NCBI GenBank assembly: GCA_034431195.1
Contig: DAOUDP010000017.1
Span: forward strand, 195,051 to 259,050
Source: Dehalococcoidia bacterium
GTDB taxonomy: Bacteria > Chloroflexota > Dehalococcoidia > GIF9 > AB-539-J10
Direction of reading: 5' to 3'
DNA: 64,000 nucleotides
The notes beneath the pieces are model-generated. The model did no database searches. It was not told where the DNA came from and worked only from the letters and a program-made list of their open reading frames with translations. This document shows, piece after piece, positions 1 through 9,409 of this stretch; the first letter of the stretch is position 1, and every line of letters begins with the position of its first letter. Position numbers and translations under genes: made by a program.

Positions 1-993
1 CTGGCCGGGGTCAATATCGAGGTAGCCGATAAGATTAAAAAATTCATTGCCCAAGAGGCTAAAACCACCTTCCAGCCCGAGGTGTTAAATTTCGGCTCCT
101 TCGGTAGCCTCTTCCAGCTTAAAGGATATGAAGAACCTGTGTTGGTCTCCAGCGTTGATGGAGTAGGCACCAAGCTCAAAATCGCTGCTCTCTTAGGTAA
201 AAATGATACCGTAGGCATCGATCTCGTCAATCATTGCGTTAACGATATTATTTGTTGTGGTGCTTCGCCACTTTTCTTCCTCGATTACATCGCCATGGAT
301 AAGCTCAACACTGAGCAGGTGAAAAGCATTGTTACCGGCATAGTTTGGGCCTGCAGGGAAGTTAATTGCTCTCTCGTTGGTGGTGAAATGGCTGAAATGC
401 CTGATATTTATTCCCCGGGAAATTATGATTTAGTGGGCTTTATCATTGGTGTGGTTGAAGAGCGGGGAATTATTGATGGCAGCTCCATAGTCTCGGGCGA
501 CGTAGCCCTTGGCTTACCTTCTTCGGGATTACACACTAATGGTTATTCTTTAGTGCGGCGTACCTTCGGAATAGATGACGACCCTTCCCATTTACATAAA
601 TTCTATCCTCAGCTAGGGAAAACCCTGGGAGAGGAATTATTGATGCCGCATCGTTGCTATTACCATGAACTCAAGCCAGTTCTGTCATTAATTAAGGGCC
701 TGGCTCATATCACCGGTGGCGGGTATGAAGGCAACATACCTCGCATCCTACCTGAAGGGGTTGGCATCCATATTGATAGAAATTCCTGGGATATACCTCC
801 CATTTTCAAGCTTATCCAGCAGCGAGGAAATATTGATGAAGGGGAGATGTATCGGGTATTTAATATGGGGATAGGCATGGTGGCTATCTGCTCCAGCCAG
901 GATGCACCAAAAATTATCGAAGCTTTGCCCCAAGCCAAAGTCATTGGTGAAATAATTAAGGCAGAAAGAGAAGAGAGGATAAGGATAGATTGA
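1..993 (+). CDS. purM: phosphoribosylformylglycinamidine cyclo-ligase (AIR synthetase, PurM); 5' end lies outside the window
   Basis: Translation in frame 1 from nt 1 (LAGVNIEVADKIKKFIAQEA...) runs into listed ORF 82..993; VDGVGTKLKIA and GGEMAEMP motifs are typical of the PurM/AIRS family. Confidence 0.88.
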   Translation: MAGVNIEVADKIKKFIAQEAKTTFQPEVLNFGSFGSLFQLKGYEEPVLVSSVDGVGTKLKIAALLGKNDTVGIDLVNHCVNDIICCGASPLFFLDYIAMDKLNTEQVKSIVTGIVWACREVNCSLVGGEMAEMPDIYSPGNYDLVGFIIGVVEERGIIDGSSIVSGDVALGLPSSGLHTNGYSLVRRTFGIDDDPSHLHKFYPQLGKTLGEELLMPHRCYYHELKPVLSLIKGLAHITGGGYEGNIPRILPEGVGIHIDRNSWDIPPIFKLIQQRGNIDEGEMYRVFNMGIGMVAICSSQDAPKIIEALPQAKVIGEIIKAEREERIRID

Positions 994-1003
994 AGGAGGG
1001 TCT

Positions 1004-2527
1004 ATGCGTTCTATTCTAAGCGTTTCAAACAAGACAGGAATAGCTGATTTTGCTCGGGGCTTGCAAGAACTGGGCATTGAGATATTCAGCACCGGGGGGA
1101 CAAAGAAGTCACTGGAGGAGGCGGGAATAAAAGTTCATGGTGTTTCCGAACTTACTGGTTTCCCCGAGATTCTCGGTGGCAGGGTGAAGACCCTGCATCC
1201 TGCGGTTCACGGTGGAATTTTGGCGAGGCGTGACCTGCCTCAGCATATGGACGAATTAGCCCAAAATCAAATCGAGGCTATTGATATTGTGGCGGTAAAC
1301 TTATATCCCTTCGTTGAGACGGTAAGCCGAGGCAATGTTTCTTTGGATAAGGCGCTGGAGAATATTGATATTGGAGGTCCAACTATGATTCGGGCAGCAG
1401 CCAAAAATTTCCCCTCTGTCCTGGTAGTAGTTGACCCCAGAGATTATGAACCTATTTTATCTCAGCTACGGCAGGGCAATGCGGATTTGGCGGAACGGAA
1501 ACGGCTGGCACAGAAAGCCTTCCAGCATGTGGCTATCTATGATACCGCCATAGCACAATACCTTAGCGAAGAGACTCTTCCTGAAGAGATGACTATCGCT
1601 TTAAAGAAAGGTTATCCCCTTCGTTATGGCGAAAACCCGCATCAAGAGGCTGCTTTCTATACCGAGCAGGATGTGAAGCATGGACGGAGTGGTTTAGTCC
1701 TTGTGGAACATCTCAACGGTCCTGAAATCTCGTTCAACAATTTACTCGATTTCGATGCTGCCTTGAGCATACTTGGGGACTTCTCTGACACTACCGTAGC
1801 CGTGATGAAGCATACCAACTCCTGCGGGCTCGCCAGCCATGACGACTTAGCCGAAGCCTACCGAAGGGCTCTTTCCGGAGACCCTCTAGCTGCCTTTGGC
1901 GGTGTGGTCGCCACGAATCGAGCTATAGATTTAGCCACTGCCGAGGAGATAGACAAAACTCATTATGATGCCATACTGGCTCCGGATTACGGTGCAGAAG
2001 TACTGGAGCTATTGGGGCGGAAAAAGAGCTTACGACTGGTTAAGGTGCCTATATCGGAAACAAGCCAGAGGCAGCTAAATTTCCGCTATGTCCGAGGTGG
2101 TTTCCTAGTGCAAACGATGGATTTCCTGGCCGAGGAAGAGTTTCAACCCCGCGCAGTTACCAATCGTCAACCAACGGAAAAGGAGTTAGCCGATTTGTTC
2201 TTTGCCTGGAAGGCGGTAAAGGGGATAAAATCCAATGCTATAGTTATTGTTAAGGATAAAACATTATTGGGAATGGGAACAGGACAACCAAGCCGTGTAG
2301 TGAGCGTTGAGCTGGCTGTGAAAAGAGCTGGTGATAGAGCCAAGGGGAGCGTCCTTGCTTCTGATGCCCTCTTCCCGTTCACTGATGGTCCTGAATTGGC
2401 AATTCAGGGGGGAGTTACCGCTATTATCCAGCCTGGTGGCTCAGTAAGGGATAAAGAAGTAATCGAATTGGCTAACAGGTATAATATTGCTATGGTGTTT
2501 ACTGGCGTTCGCCATTTCAGACATTAA
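1004..2527 (+). CDS. purH: bifunctional AICAR transformylase / IMP cyclohydrolase (PurH)
   Basis: 507 aa; N-terminal MGS-like domain (ALISVSDK-like SVSNKTGI, GGTKKSLEEAGI, LHPAVHGGILARR) plus C-terminal AICARFT domain; immediately downstream of purM. Confidence 0.92.
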   Translation: MRSILSVSNKTGIADFARGLQELGIEIFSTGGTKKSLEEAGIKVHGVSELTGFPEILGGRVKTLHPAVHGGILARRDLPQHMDELAQNQIEAIDIVAVNLYPFVETVSRGNVSLDKALENIDIGGPTMIRAAAKNFPSVLVVVDPRDYEPILSQLRQGNADLAERKRLAQKAFQHVAIYDTAIAQYLSEETLPEEMTIALKKGYPLRYGENPHQEAAFYTEQDVKHGRSGLVLVEHLNGPEISFNNLLDFDAALSILGDFSDTTVAVMKHTNSCGLASHDDLAEAYRRALSGDPLAAFGGVVATNRAIDLATAEEIDKTHYDAILAPDYGAEVLELLGRKKSLRLVKVPISETSQRQLNFRYVRGGFLVQTMDFLAEEEFQPRAVTNRQPTEKELADLFFAWKAVKGIKSNAIVIVKDKTLLGMGTGQPSRVVSVELAVKRAGDRAKGSVLASDALFPFTDGPELAIQGGVTAIIQPGGSVRDKEVIELANRYNIAMVFTGVRHFRH

Positions 2528-2544
2528 GTTCAGGGAGTTCAAAG

Positions 2545-2865
2545 ATGTGGATGGTAAGCAAGGAGGCGATGGAAGAAGCAATGGAGGTCAAGCGGAAGTT
2601 AGCTGACCCTGAGAAAAGGGAAGAGTGCCTTGGTGACATAGAACACATGATAGAGGTAAAGCAGTCTCATTTGTGGCGAGCTGAGCTCGGTTCCTGTGCT
2701 GGAGGGCTTTGTTGTATAACAGGACAGGTGGAAATAGAAAGCGGCATTTTGCAGGATGCCGTGGAGGCTCTGAAAAGTAGCGATGATGGCAAAGCTGCTT
2801 CTTTGCTCGAGGATTACATTGCTTTTCTAAAAGAACATTATGAACCTGAGCGCCCGGGTTACTAG
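2545..2865 (+). CDS. hypothetical small protein (106 aa)
   Basis: ORF fills the purH-pncAB gap on the same strand as its neighbours; no recognisable domain; an antisense ORF of similar size also exists, so the call is tentative. Confidence 0.35.
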   Translation: MWMVSKEAMEEAMEVKRKLADPEKREECLGDIEHMIEVKQSHLWRAELGSCAGGLCCITGQVEIESGILQDAVEALKSSDDGKAASLLEDYIAFLKEHYEPERPGY

Positions 2866-2937
2866 TGAGTTTAATCGCCTTCATCGGACACACGAGGTTT
2901 TACCATAGAAAACCTGGAGGCGTTTTGAGGCAAGATT

Positions 2938-4464
2938 ATGGCTAGAGCGGTATTAGTATTAGACATGCTGTGTGGGTTTTTTGAGGAAGGGTATCCACTT
3001 TACTGTGGCGCCGAAGCTCGAAGTATCATACCCAATGTCAAGAGATTATTGGAGCGAGAGTTAGAGCAGAACTCAAAAATCTTCTATGTGTGTGACCACC
3101 ATATGCCCGATGACCCAGAATTCACAATGTTTCCGCCCCATTGCATTGAAGGCACCGCTGAAGCTGAAATCATACCCGAACTTTCCCCATATCCAGGTGA
3201 AATAATACCAAAAAGGACTTTTAGCTCTTTCTATAATACTCCTTTGGATGAGAAGCTGGAGGCACTCAAGCCCGAGACCATAGTCATCTGCGGTGTATGC
3301 ACCCATATTTGTGTTCTGCAGGCAGTAATTGATGCCAGAAACAGAGGTTACGAAGTTGAAATCCCAGTCGATTGCGTTGCTTCATTCGACAAGAGGGCAC
3401 ACTTCTTTGCTCTGGATTATATGGAGAAGGTGCTTGGAGCTAAATTACTCAGACCGACAGTCAAAATCTCACAGCCTCATTTCGAAATCCCTGATTCCTG
3501 GTTGAGTGGTGAAACCGCCGATATTTATTTTCCCCGCACCGTGGAAATACTCAAAAAGGAGAAAATAAACCCCGTAGCCACTATGGAGGTGTTCCCCAGA
3601 AGTGAAGGGATTCTCTGTGGGATGGAGGAAGTTAAAGCTCTGCTGGAGAAGGTGCTACCTGAAAGCAATAGTGAAGTCTGGGCATTATCTGAAGGCGAGC
3701 CTTTTGATGGAAAGGAAGTAGTCCTGAGGATAAAAGCTCCTTACCAGAGTTACGGGACTTATGAAACTACCTACTCGGGCATTCTTGCCCATTGTAGTGG
3801 CTGGGCAACTGCTGCCCGAGAGTGTATTAATGCTGCTCAGGGTATCCCGGTGATTAGTTTTGGTGCTCGCCATGTTCATCCTTCAGTAGTTGATGTTATG
3901 GAGTACTCCGCTATTGTGGGTGGTTGCACTGGTTGTGCCAGCACAAGTGGGGCAAAACTTGCCGGTATCCAACCCACAGGGACTATACCTCATGCTCTTA
4001 TTATTATTCTGGACAGCACCGCTCAGGCTACCCTTGCCTTTGATAAGCATATTCCTCCTGAAGTGCCGCGGATTGCCCTAGTGGACACTTTTGAAGATGA
4101 GGTCAGGGAAAGCGTTGCCGTGGCTAAAGCAATGCAGGGAAGGCTGCAGGGTGTAAGATTGGATACTCCTTCGGAGAGGGGCAGGGTCACTGCCGATTTG
4201 GTTAAGGAAGTAAGAGCCTGGCTTGACCTTGAGGGGTTCAAGCAGGTGAAAATTGTCGTCAGTGGCGGACTTGACCCGGAGCGCATCAGATATTTCATAA
4301 CCGAAGGAGCCCCTGTTGACATCTTCGCTGTGGGCAGTTACATCAGCGATGCTCCTCCAATCGATTTCACCGCCGACCTCCACGAGGTAGAAGGCAAGCC
4401 CATCGCTAAGAGAGGCAGAATGCCCGGCGTCACCCCAAATCCCAGACTAAAGAGGGTGATGTAA
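2938..4464 (+). CDS. fusion protein: N-terminal isochorismatase-fold nicotinamidase (PncA-like) + C-terminal nicotinate phosphoribosyltransferase (PncB-like, archaeal-type NAPRT)
   Basis: N-terminal ~170 aa resembles cysteine hydrolase/nicotinamidase (VLVLDMLCGFF..., ICGVCTHICV). C-terminal ~330 aa resembles NAPRTase family (ALVDTFEDE, GVRLDTPSERG, VSGGLD). Confidence 0.75.
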   Translation: MARAVLVLDMLCGFFEEGYPLYCGAEARSIIPNVKRLLERELEQNSKIFYVCDHHMPDDPEFTMFPPHCIEGTAEAEIIPELSPYPGEIIPKRTFSSFYNTPLDEKLEALKPETIVICGVCTHICVLQAVIDARNRGYEVEIPVDCVASFDKRAHFFALDYMEKVLGAKLLRPTVKISQPHFEIPDSWLSGETADIYFPRTVEILKKEKINPVATMEVFPRSEGILCGMEEVKALLEKVLPESNSEVWALSEGEPFDGKEVVLRIKAPYQSYGTYETTYSGILAHCSGWATAARECINAAQGIPVISFGARHVHPSVVDVMEYSAIVGGCTGCASTSGAKLAGIQPTGTIPHALIIILDSTAQATLAFDKHIPPEVPRIALVDTFEDEVRESVAVAKAMQGRLQGVRLDTPSERGRVTADLVKEVRAWLDLEGFKQVKIVVSGGLDPERIRYFITEGAPVDIFAVGSYISDAPPIDFTADLHEVEGKPIAKRGRMPGVTPNPRLKRVM

Positions 4465-4547
4465 GCTTCGTAGGCTCTATGACGGTTTGAGGTTCTCCTT
4501 GAAATTCCCCCGCCTTCTCAACTATGACCTTTTGCCACGGAGAACGT

Positions 4548-5363
4548 TTACTTGATTTTAGGGGCTGCTTTCAATTCCTGGATTCTAGCTGCTATAGCTC
4601 CACGGGCATCTTCTGCTTGAAAGCGTCTACTTTGAGCACGCAAATCAAACTCCATGGTTGCTTTTAGACTAACCTCAAGTGTAGTGTTTATCGCTCTCTT
4701 GGCTAGCCCCAGGGCTCCAGGTGATTTCATTGCTAATGTTCCTGCCAGATCAAGGGCAGCAGCCTCCAGATCCTTAGCGGGGACTACTCTATCTACCATG
4801 CCCATATCCAGGGCATCTTTTGCGCCTATCGGCTCACCGAAGAAAATAAGCTCCTTCGCTTTAGATAAGCCAACCAGTTGGATTAACCGGCACGCCCCAC
4901 CGGTGTCAGGGACTAGGCCCAGCTGGGTATATGTCATTCCAAGCTGTGCGTTTTTCGAAGCTACGCGGAAGTCACAGGATAAGGCAAGGTCGCATCCTTC
5001 TCCCAAGGCATAGCCCTTTATCGCTGCTATTACCGGCTTTTCCAGCCTTTCCAATCTGAAAGCCGCCTGCAGCTTACGCAGAAGCGTACCAACTTCTAGC
5101 ATGGGCCCTCTGGCTAGTTCCTCGGCATAGCTGAGATCCAATCCAATGGAGAATGCCTTGCCTGCACCAGTTATGATCACCACCTTTACTTCATCGTCAA
5201 CCCTCATATCCTCCGTGGCTGCCCATAATTCATCAATGATTACGTTATTCAAGGCATTCATAGCCTCGGGACGATTTAGGATTATCCTGGCAATTCCCTC
5301 CTTTTTCTCAACTATGACGCTTTGCAATTCCGCCATATGTGCCATATCTAAATTATAGCACAA
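4548..5363 (-). CDS. enoyl-CoA hydratase/isomerase (crotonase family)
   Basis: ARIILNRPEAMNALN, VVIITGAGKAFSIGLDL and GYALGEGCDLALSCDFR motifs of the crotonase superfamily. Confidence 0.85.
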   Translation of the reverse strand: MCYNLDMAHMAELQSVIVEKKEGIARIILNRPEAMNALNNVIIDELWAATEDMRVDDEVKVVIITGAGKAFSIGLDLSYAEELARGPMLEVGTLLRKLQAAFRLERLEKPVIAAIKGYALGEGCDLALSCDFRVASKNAQLGMTYTQLGLVPDTGGACRLIQLVGLSKAKELIFFGEPIGAKDALDMGMVDRVVPAKDLEAAALDLAGTLAMKSPGALGLAKRAINTTLEVSLKATMEFDLRAQSRRFQAEDARGAIAARIQELKAAPKIK

Positions 5364-5418
5364 ATGTTGAAGCGGTTATCATTACCTGAGGAGCTTATCG
5401 GAAGGAAAGTTGTTGCGG

Positions 5419-6249
5419 CTAGGAAGCTTTCTTTACTTCATCAACTATCTGCGGCAGTATCTCGCCGGTCTTCCCTTGAATCAAGTAATCTGAGATACCT
5501 TCATGGGTAAGCGGTGTTGGCTCTGCGTTCAGCTCGATTATTTTCACAGTGGTTCTGTAACCGGTGACATGAAGTCCTGAAGGTAACGTTCCAGAGCGGG
5601 ATCTTGCCATCAGGGGCAGATTGGCAAAGGGGTAGACCACCGCCGATGTTCCACAGATAAGCATCAGGTCGCAATTTAATGCTTCTTTCTCCGACTCCTC
5701 TGCGATATCTGAAGGTATTGGCTCTGTAAAGTGGACGATGTCATCTTTTACTGTTCCGCCACATTTTTTACAAAGGGGCGGCAACCCACCCTCGTCTCTT
5801 AGTTTTCGCAAATCATACTCTTCCAAATCATATCTAGCGTTGCAGGAAACACACCTGAGTTTGAACGCATTGCCGTGATAATCCAGGACGTTTTTGCTCC
5901 CTGCTCTTTCATGTAAATTATCAATGTTCTGAGTAACCACACACTTCAAAATTCCCATCTTTTCTAATTCAGCTAAAGCGTAATGACCGGGATTTGGTTC
6001 TACTTCTCTTAGATCTCCGAATAAAGAAGGGCTGCTCAATCTTTCTTCCCAATATTCTTTTGGATTCTGCTGGAACTTCCCATAAGTCTGATAAGCTCTT
6101 CTTTCCGCCTCAGGTTGTTTGGTCCAGATCCCTTTTGGTCCCCTGAAATCGGGTATTCCTGACTCAGTGGACATGCCTGCGCCGGTTAATGCAATGGCAT
6201 ATTTGCTTTCCACCAAATCCTTTGCGGCATGGTTAATCAGCTTCTCCAT
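5419..6249 (-). CDS. cobB: NAD-dependent protein deacylase, Sir2 family (CobB-like)
   Basis: GAGMSTESGIPDFRG, VTQNIDNLHERAG, Zn-binding CxxC...CxxC (CVSCNARY...CKKCGG). Confidence 0.87.
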   Translation of the reverse strand: MEKLINHAAKDLVESKYAIALTGAGMSTESGIPDFRGPKGIWTKQPEAERRAYQTYGKFQQNPKEYWEERLSSPSLFGDLREVEPNPGHYALAELEKMGILKCVVTQNIDNLHERAGSKNVLDYHGNAFKLRCVSCNARYDLEEYDLRKLRDEGGLPPLCKKCGGTVKDDIVHFTEPIPSDIAEESEKEALNCDLMLICGTSAVVYPFANLPLMARSRSGTLPSGLHVTGYRTTVKIIELNAEPTPLTHEGISDYLIQGKTGEILPQIVDEVKKAS

Positions 6250-7283
6250 TTAAAGCCAATCCCTTCTATTTCTATTATAAGATTATCACTAATTTTTGTC
6301 CTGGCACCAAGGAATTCCTCGATCAGCCACAGGTTTGTTTCCACATGTTCGGTAATTCTGGGGATGGAATATCGACTAATTCCCTCAGCTAACCCGGCAT
6401 AGATTATAACCTGATCGGCTATATGCCTATCAACTGCAGCGCCGGTTTCAATATCCTCTATGAAATTTTGGGCTACATATCTTCCGATGGATTCCGACCT
6501 TCTTCCCGGTCTTCCTGCCCTATCTGAGCCGATTATGCTCCCCGAGCTTGTCCCGGCATATATTGCCAGGGCGGCTCCCTCTTGAAGCGAGCTTTTGTCG
6601 TAAATTTCTTGGATTTCAGCCTTATAACCCTGGGCGCTTAATGCTTTTCGGCATTCCTGTGCCATCCGTTGGCTTACTTTTTTCTCCTCCAGGTGTGAAG
6701 AGAGGGCGATTCCGTTAATGGTAGTAATTTTACCTTGTTCAACAAGGTTGAGGGGTCGTAATTTCTCTACCGGCTCAACTTCGATTTGTATAATTCCTCC
6801 GCCTTTGGGTACATAGCCGGGGCGGATTATTTCCAGCCGGGCTTCGATGCTTATTTGTCTCAAAAACGGAAGAAGGACAAATTTCATATGATAGGCTGAG
6901 GGGGCGAAGTCCTGGAATAACCCTCCTTCGAGCCTGAACTTGGATGGCTTTTGGGCGAAACAGGCTAGAGGTAAGAGAGCCTGGGCAAACATAGTAGTTG
7001 ACCCTGCTGTCCCTATATCCCAGTGAAATTCCCCACTTTTAAATCTTTCCTTTGGAATATAGGTGATTTCCTTAGAGCCAACTGCGGCGTTCTCCACTAC
7101 GCCGTGGCACATCTCCTGGCAAGCCTGAATCACCTTGAGATGCTGTGCTCTTAACCCCGGCTTATCCCTCTTCGCCCTGATATTCTGTATCTTTATTTCC
7201 TTGCCCAGCAGGCTAGCCAGAGCTATAGAGTAGCGGACTATGGTTCCACTTCCCGACTTTGCCCCGCCATCTATGGTTATCAT
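6237..7283 (-). CDS. rtcA: RNA 3'-terminal phosphate cyclase (RtcA)
   Basis: 348 aa; IDGGAKSGSGTIVRYSIALASLLGKEIKIQNIRAKR N-terminus typical of RtcA; 13-bp overlap with the Sir2 gene. Confidence 0.85.
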   Translation of the reverse strand: MITIDGGAKSGSGTIVRYSIALASLLGKEIKIQNIRAKRDKPGLRAQHLKVIQACQEMCHGVVENAAVGSKEITYIPKERFKSGEFHWDIGTAGSTTMFAQALLPLACFAQKPSKFRLEGGLFQDFAPSAYHMKFVLLPFLRQISIEARLEIIRPGYVPKGGGIIQIEVEPVEKLRPLNLVEQGKITTINGIALSSHLEEKKVSQRMAQECRKALSAQGYKAEIQEIYDKSSLQEGAALAIYAGTSSGSIIGSDRAGRPGRRSESIGRYVAQNFIEDIETGAAVDRHIADQVIIYAGLAEGISRYSIPRITEHVETNLWLIEEFLGARTKISDNLIIEIEGIGFKWRS

Positions 7284-7307
7284 TTTGAGAGACCTATCAG
7301 TAACCCT

Positions 7308-7332
7308 GTGTCATTGCGAGCGAAGCAATGGC
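7308..7332. repeat. short copy of the GTCATTGCGAGCGAAGCAATG hairpin repeat family
   Basis: gtcattgcgagcgaagcaatggc: 6-bp stem cattgc/gcaatg with a 7-nt loop; same core as the repeats at 14961, 16242, 17895, 25920 and 36291. Confidence 0.6.
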
Positions 7333-7428
7333 AGAATACAGTGTCGATATTCAAATACCAAACGGTGTAGGCTCATCTCGACTCTCGGCAATGATTGCAA
7401 GGATCATAGCTACCTTCTTAACCTGCCC

Positions 7429-8577
7429 CTACTCCACATGTGATTCCCTACCATACAGCCGTTTCTTCCAGTGGACACCGGCGCTGACTGCTCGCCGCGA
7501 CCCGGCATAGATACTAACCAGAAAAAGAAAGGAAAACCCGACGGGGTGTAGCAGGGTGGAAACAACAGGCTCCTTGAAACGATTATCAACCAGCCGGCGC
7601 ATAAATAGTATTGTAGCCACCTGGAAGATAACAATAGCTTGCCAGGCAGCGGAAGTAGATACCACAAATAGGACTTTCCAAAGCCAGTAGAATGGAGCCA
7701 AAAAGAAAACATATCCGGCTGCAGCAAGTGCAACCAGTGCTACCGGGGATAACGATGCCACTGAGTAAATCCATTTGGTAAATCCCTCCCACATCGCCCC
7801 TGGACTTCGGTACATATTGCACGAAACGACAGGTGATAAATCCACTGCCAGATGTCGACCACCATGTCGGTTTACCTCAACCCCCAGCCAGACATCTTCC
7901 AATATCCTGGATCTTACCGCCTCGTGTCCACCAATGCGCCAGTACTCCTCTCTGGGAAAGAGGAGGAACTGCCCAATGGCTAAAGATGGCCTGCATTTTT
8001 TGGAGCGCTGGAGCCACCACAATGGTAACCAGCTCAGTATGACAAAGTATGATACCGGGATCACCACTTTCTGCGGTAGGGAAGTAGCCAGCTGGCGAGG
8101 AAATCCGGAAAGCAGCGAAAGTCTGAATTTGAGCGCCAGGGCAAGCACACCGCGTAGCATGTGAGGAGCGTGTACGGTATCAGCATCAACAAACAATAAC
8201 CAGGAACCTCTGGCTTTCCGGGCAAGTTGGTAACAGGCAAAAGGCTTACCCGCCCACCCTTCAGGAAGAGGTTTACCTTTGATTAATTGAATTCGGTTGT
8301 CTTCAGCCACTATCCGACCCGCGATATTAACTGTGTTATCTGATGAGTTATCATCCAGTACTAAAACCTCAAAGTTGGGGTAGTCCTGTTTCTGCAGGGA
8401 CCCAAGGCAGGACTCAATGTTTTGCTCCTCATTCCTGGCCGGTATGAGAACAGAGACCAAAGGTGCTGGATTGGGTATCTTATTGTTACCACGCACCTTT
8501 TTGAGGCTCCTCAAATTCAGGATAATGTTAATCGCAAAGCTAACCAGACCAGCGGCTATTATCACCTGATATAGCAT
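7429..8577 (-). CDS. membrane-anchored family-2 glycosyltransferase
   Basis: VSVLIPARNEEQNIESCL, VLVLDDNSSDNT, DADT motifs of GT2; multiple hydrophobic segments. Confidence 0.8.
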   Translation of the reverse strand: MLYQVIIAAGLVSFAINIILNLRSLKKVRGNNKIPNPAPLVSVLIPARNEEQNIESCLGSLQKQDYPNFEVLVLDDNSSDNTVNIAGRIVAEDNRIQLIKGKPLPEGWAGKPFACYQLARKARGSWLLFVDADTVHAPHMLRGVLALALKFRLSLLSGFPRQLATSLPQKVVIPVSYFVILSWLPLWWLQRSKKCRPSLAIGQFLLFPREEYWRIGGHEAVRSRILEDVWLGVEVNRHGGRHLAVDLSPVVSCNMYRSPGAMWEGFTKWIYSVASLSPVALVALAAAGYVFFLAPFYWLWKVLFVVSTSAAWQAIVIFQVATILFMRRLVDNRFKEPVVSTLLHPVGFSFLFLVSIYAGSRRAVSAGVHWKKRLYGRESHVE

Positions 8578-8601
8578 ACACCTAGCCCTGTATCTCCAAA
8601 C

Positions 8602-9219
8602 CTAAACTTGCCGCCTCCTTGATTGGAATGCACCGATGAGTCCACCTCTTATTCTGGGCCCAGTTTTTAGTTCCTCAAACTGTTTTATGCCAAATATGAC
8701 CAGCACGCATAGCATAAACAATGATGCCACCACATATGCCTCGGTGGCTACCAGGTATCCCAGAGAACCCACTGGACCAAGCATCACTGCCCATGAGTTA
8801 CTCCCCAGGATAAGAAAGCCCAAGGTCATAAACACTGCAAATGAGACCAGAATCTCATGCTGGGGTAATGCCAGAAGTACGCCATAGCTAACGGCTATTG
8901 ATTTACCGCCTTTCAAACCCAACACGGGTGAGAAGGCATGCCCCGCTATCGCACTCACTGCCACTGCCATGACTATTATGTCAGGGAGTCCAAGCAACAA
9001 ATATGCCAGGACTACGAAAGGCATACCTTTAGCTACGTCCAGAATCAGGGCGAGGCTCCCCGCTTTACAACCTCCAGCCCGGATAACATTAGCGGCTCCG
9101 GGATTTCCATCCCCATAATTCCTGATGTCTTTACCCAGAAGCCAATGCCCGACCCACAAAGAAAACGGGCAAGCACCCAGCCAGAAAGCGGCTATACTCA
9201 GTAAGGCGGCATAAAACAT
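8602..9219 (-). CDS. plsY: glycerol-3-phosphate acyltransferase PlsY
   Basis: GDGNPGAANV motif and five predicted TM segments; ~200 aa. Confidence 0.87.
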   Translation of the reverse strand: MFYAALLSIAAFWLGACPFSLWVGHWLLGKDIRNYGDGNPGAANVIRAGGCKAGSLALILDVAKGMPFVVLAYLLLGLPDIIVMAVAVSAIAGHAFSPVLGLKGGKSIAVSYGVLLALPQHEILVSFAVFMTLGFLILGSNSWAVMLGPVGSLGYLVATEAYVVASLFMLCVLVIFGIKQFEELKTGPRIRGGLIGAFQSRRRQV

Positions 9220-9409
9220 TTCGACTGCGGCAATTCCACAACTATACAGCTAGATATACTTGGAGCATCCAGATATATTGCATCCTAACCGAGCTTCTTT
9301 GTCAAGTGGATACAACGTTGATTTGGTCTTACGAAATTCATTCTTTGTTCTAACTTCAAGCCTCATTGCACAATATCGCCGGGTAACACTGTTGTATAAT
9401 ATCTGTGAT

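Noticed and set aside
705-1092. Antisense ORFs (705..944 -, 748..1092 -) and many similar 60-130-aa ORFs on the opposite strand of homolog-supported genes
   Set aside because: They overlap genes with clear family motifs (purM, purH, leuC, pccB, gyrB and others) and have no motifs of their own. They are treated as spurious shadow ORFs. Examples include 4654..5013, 7775..8164, 11244..11651, 12471..12695, 27726..28652 and 47382..47783.
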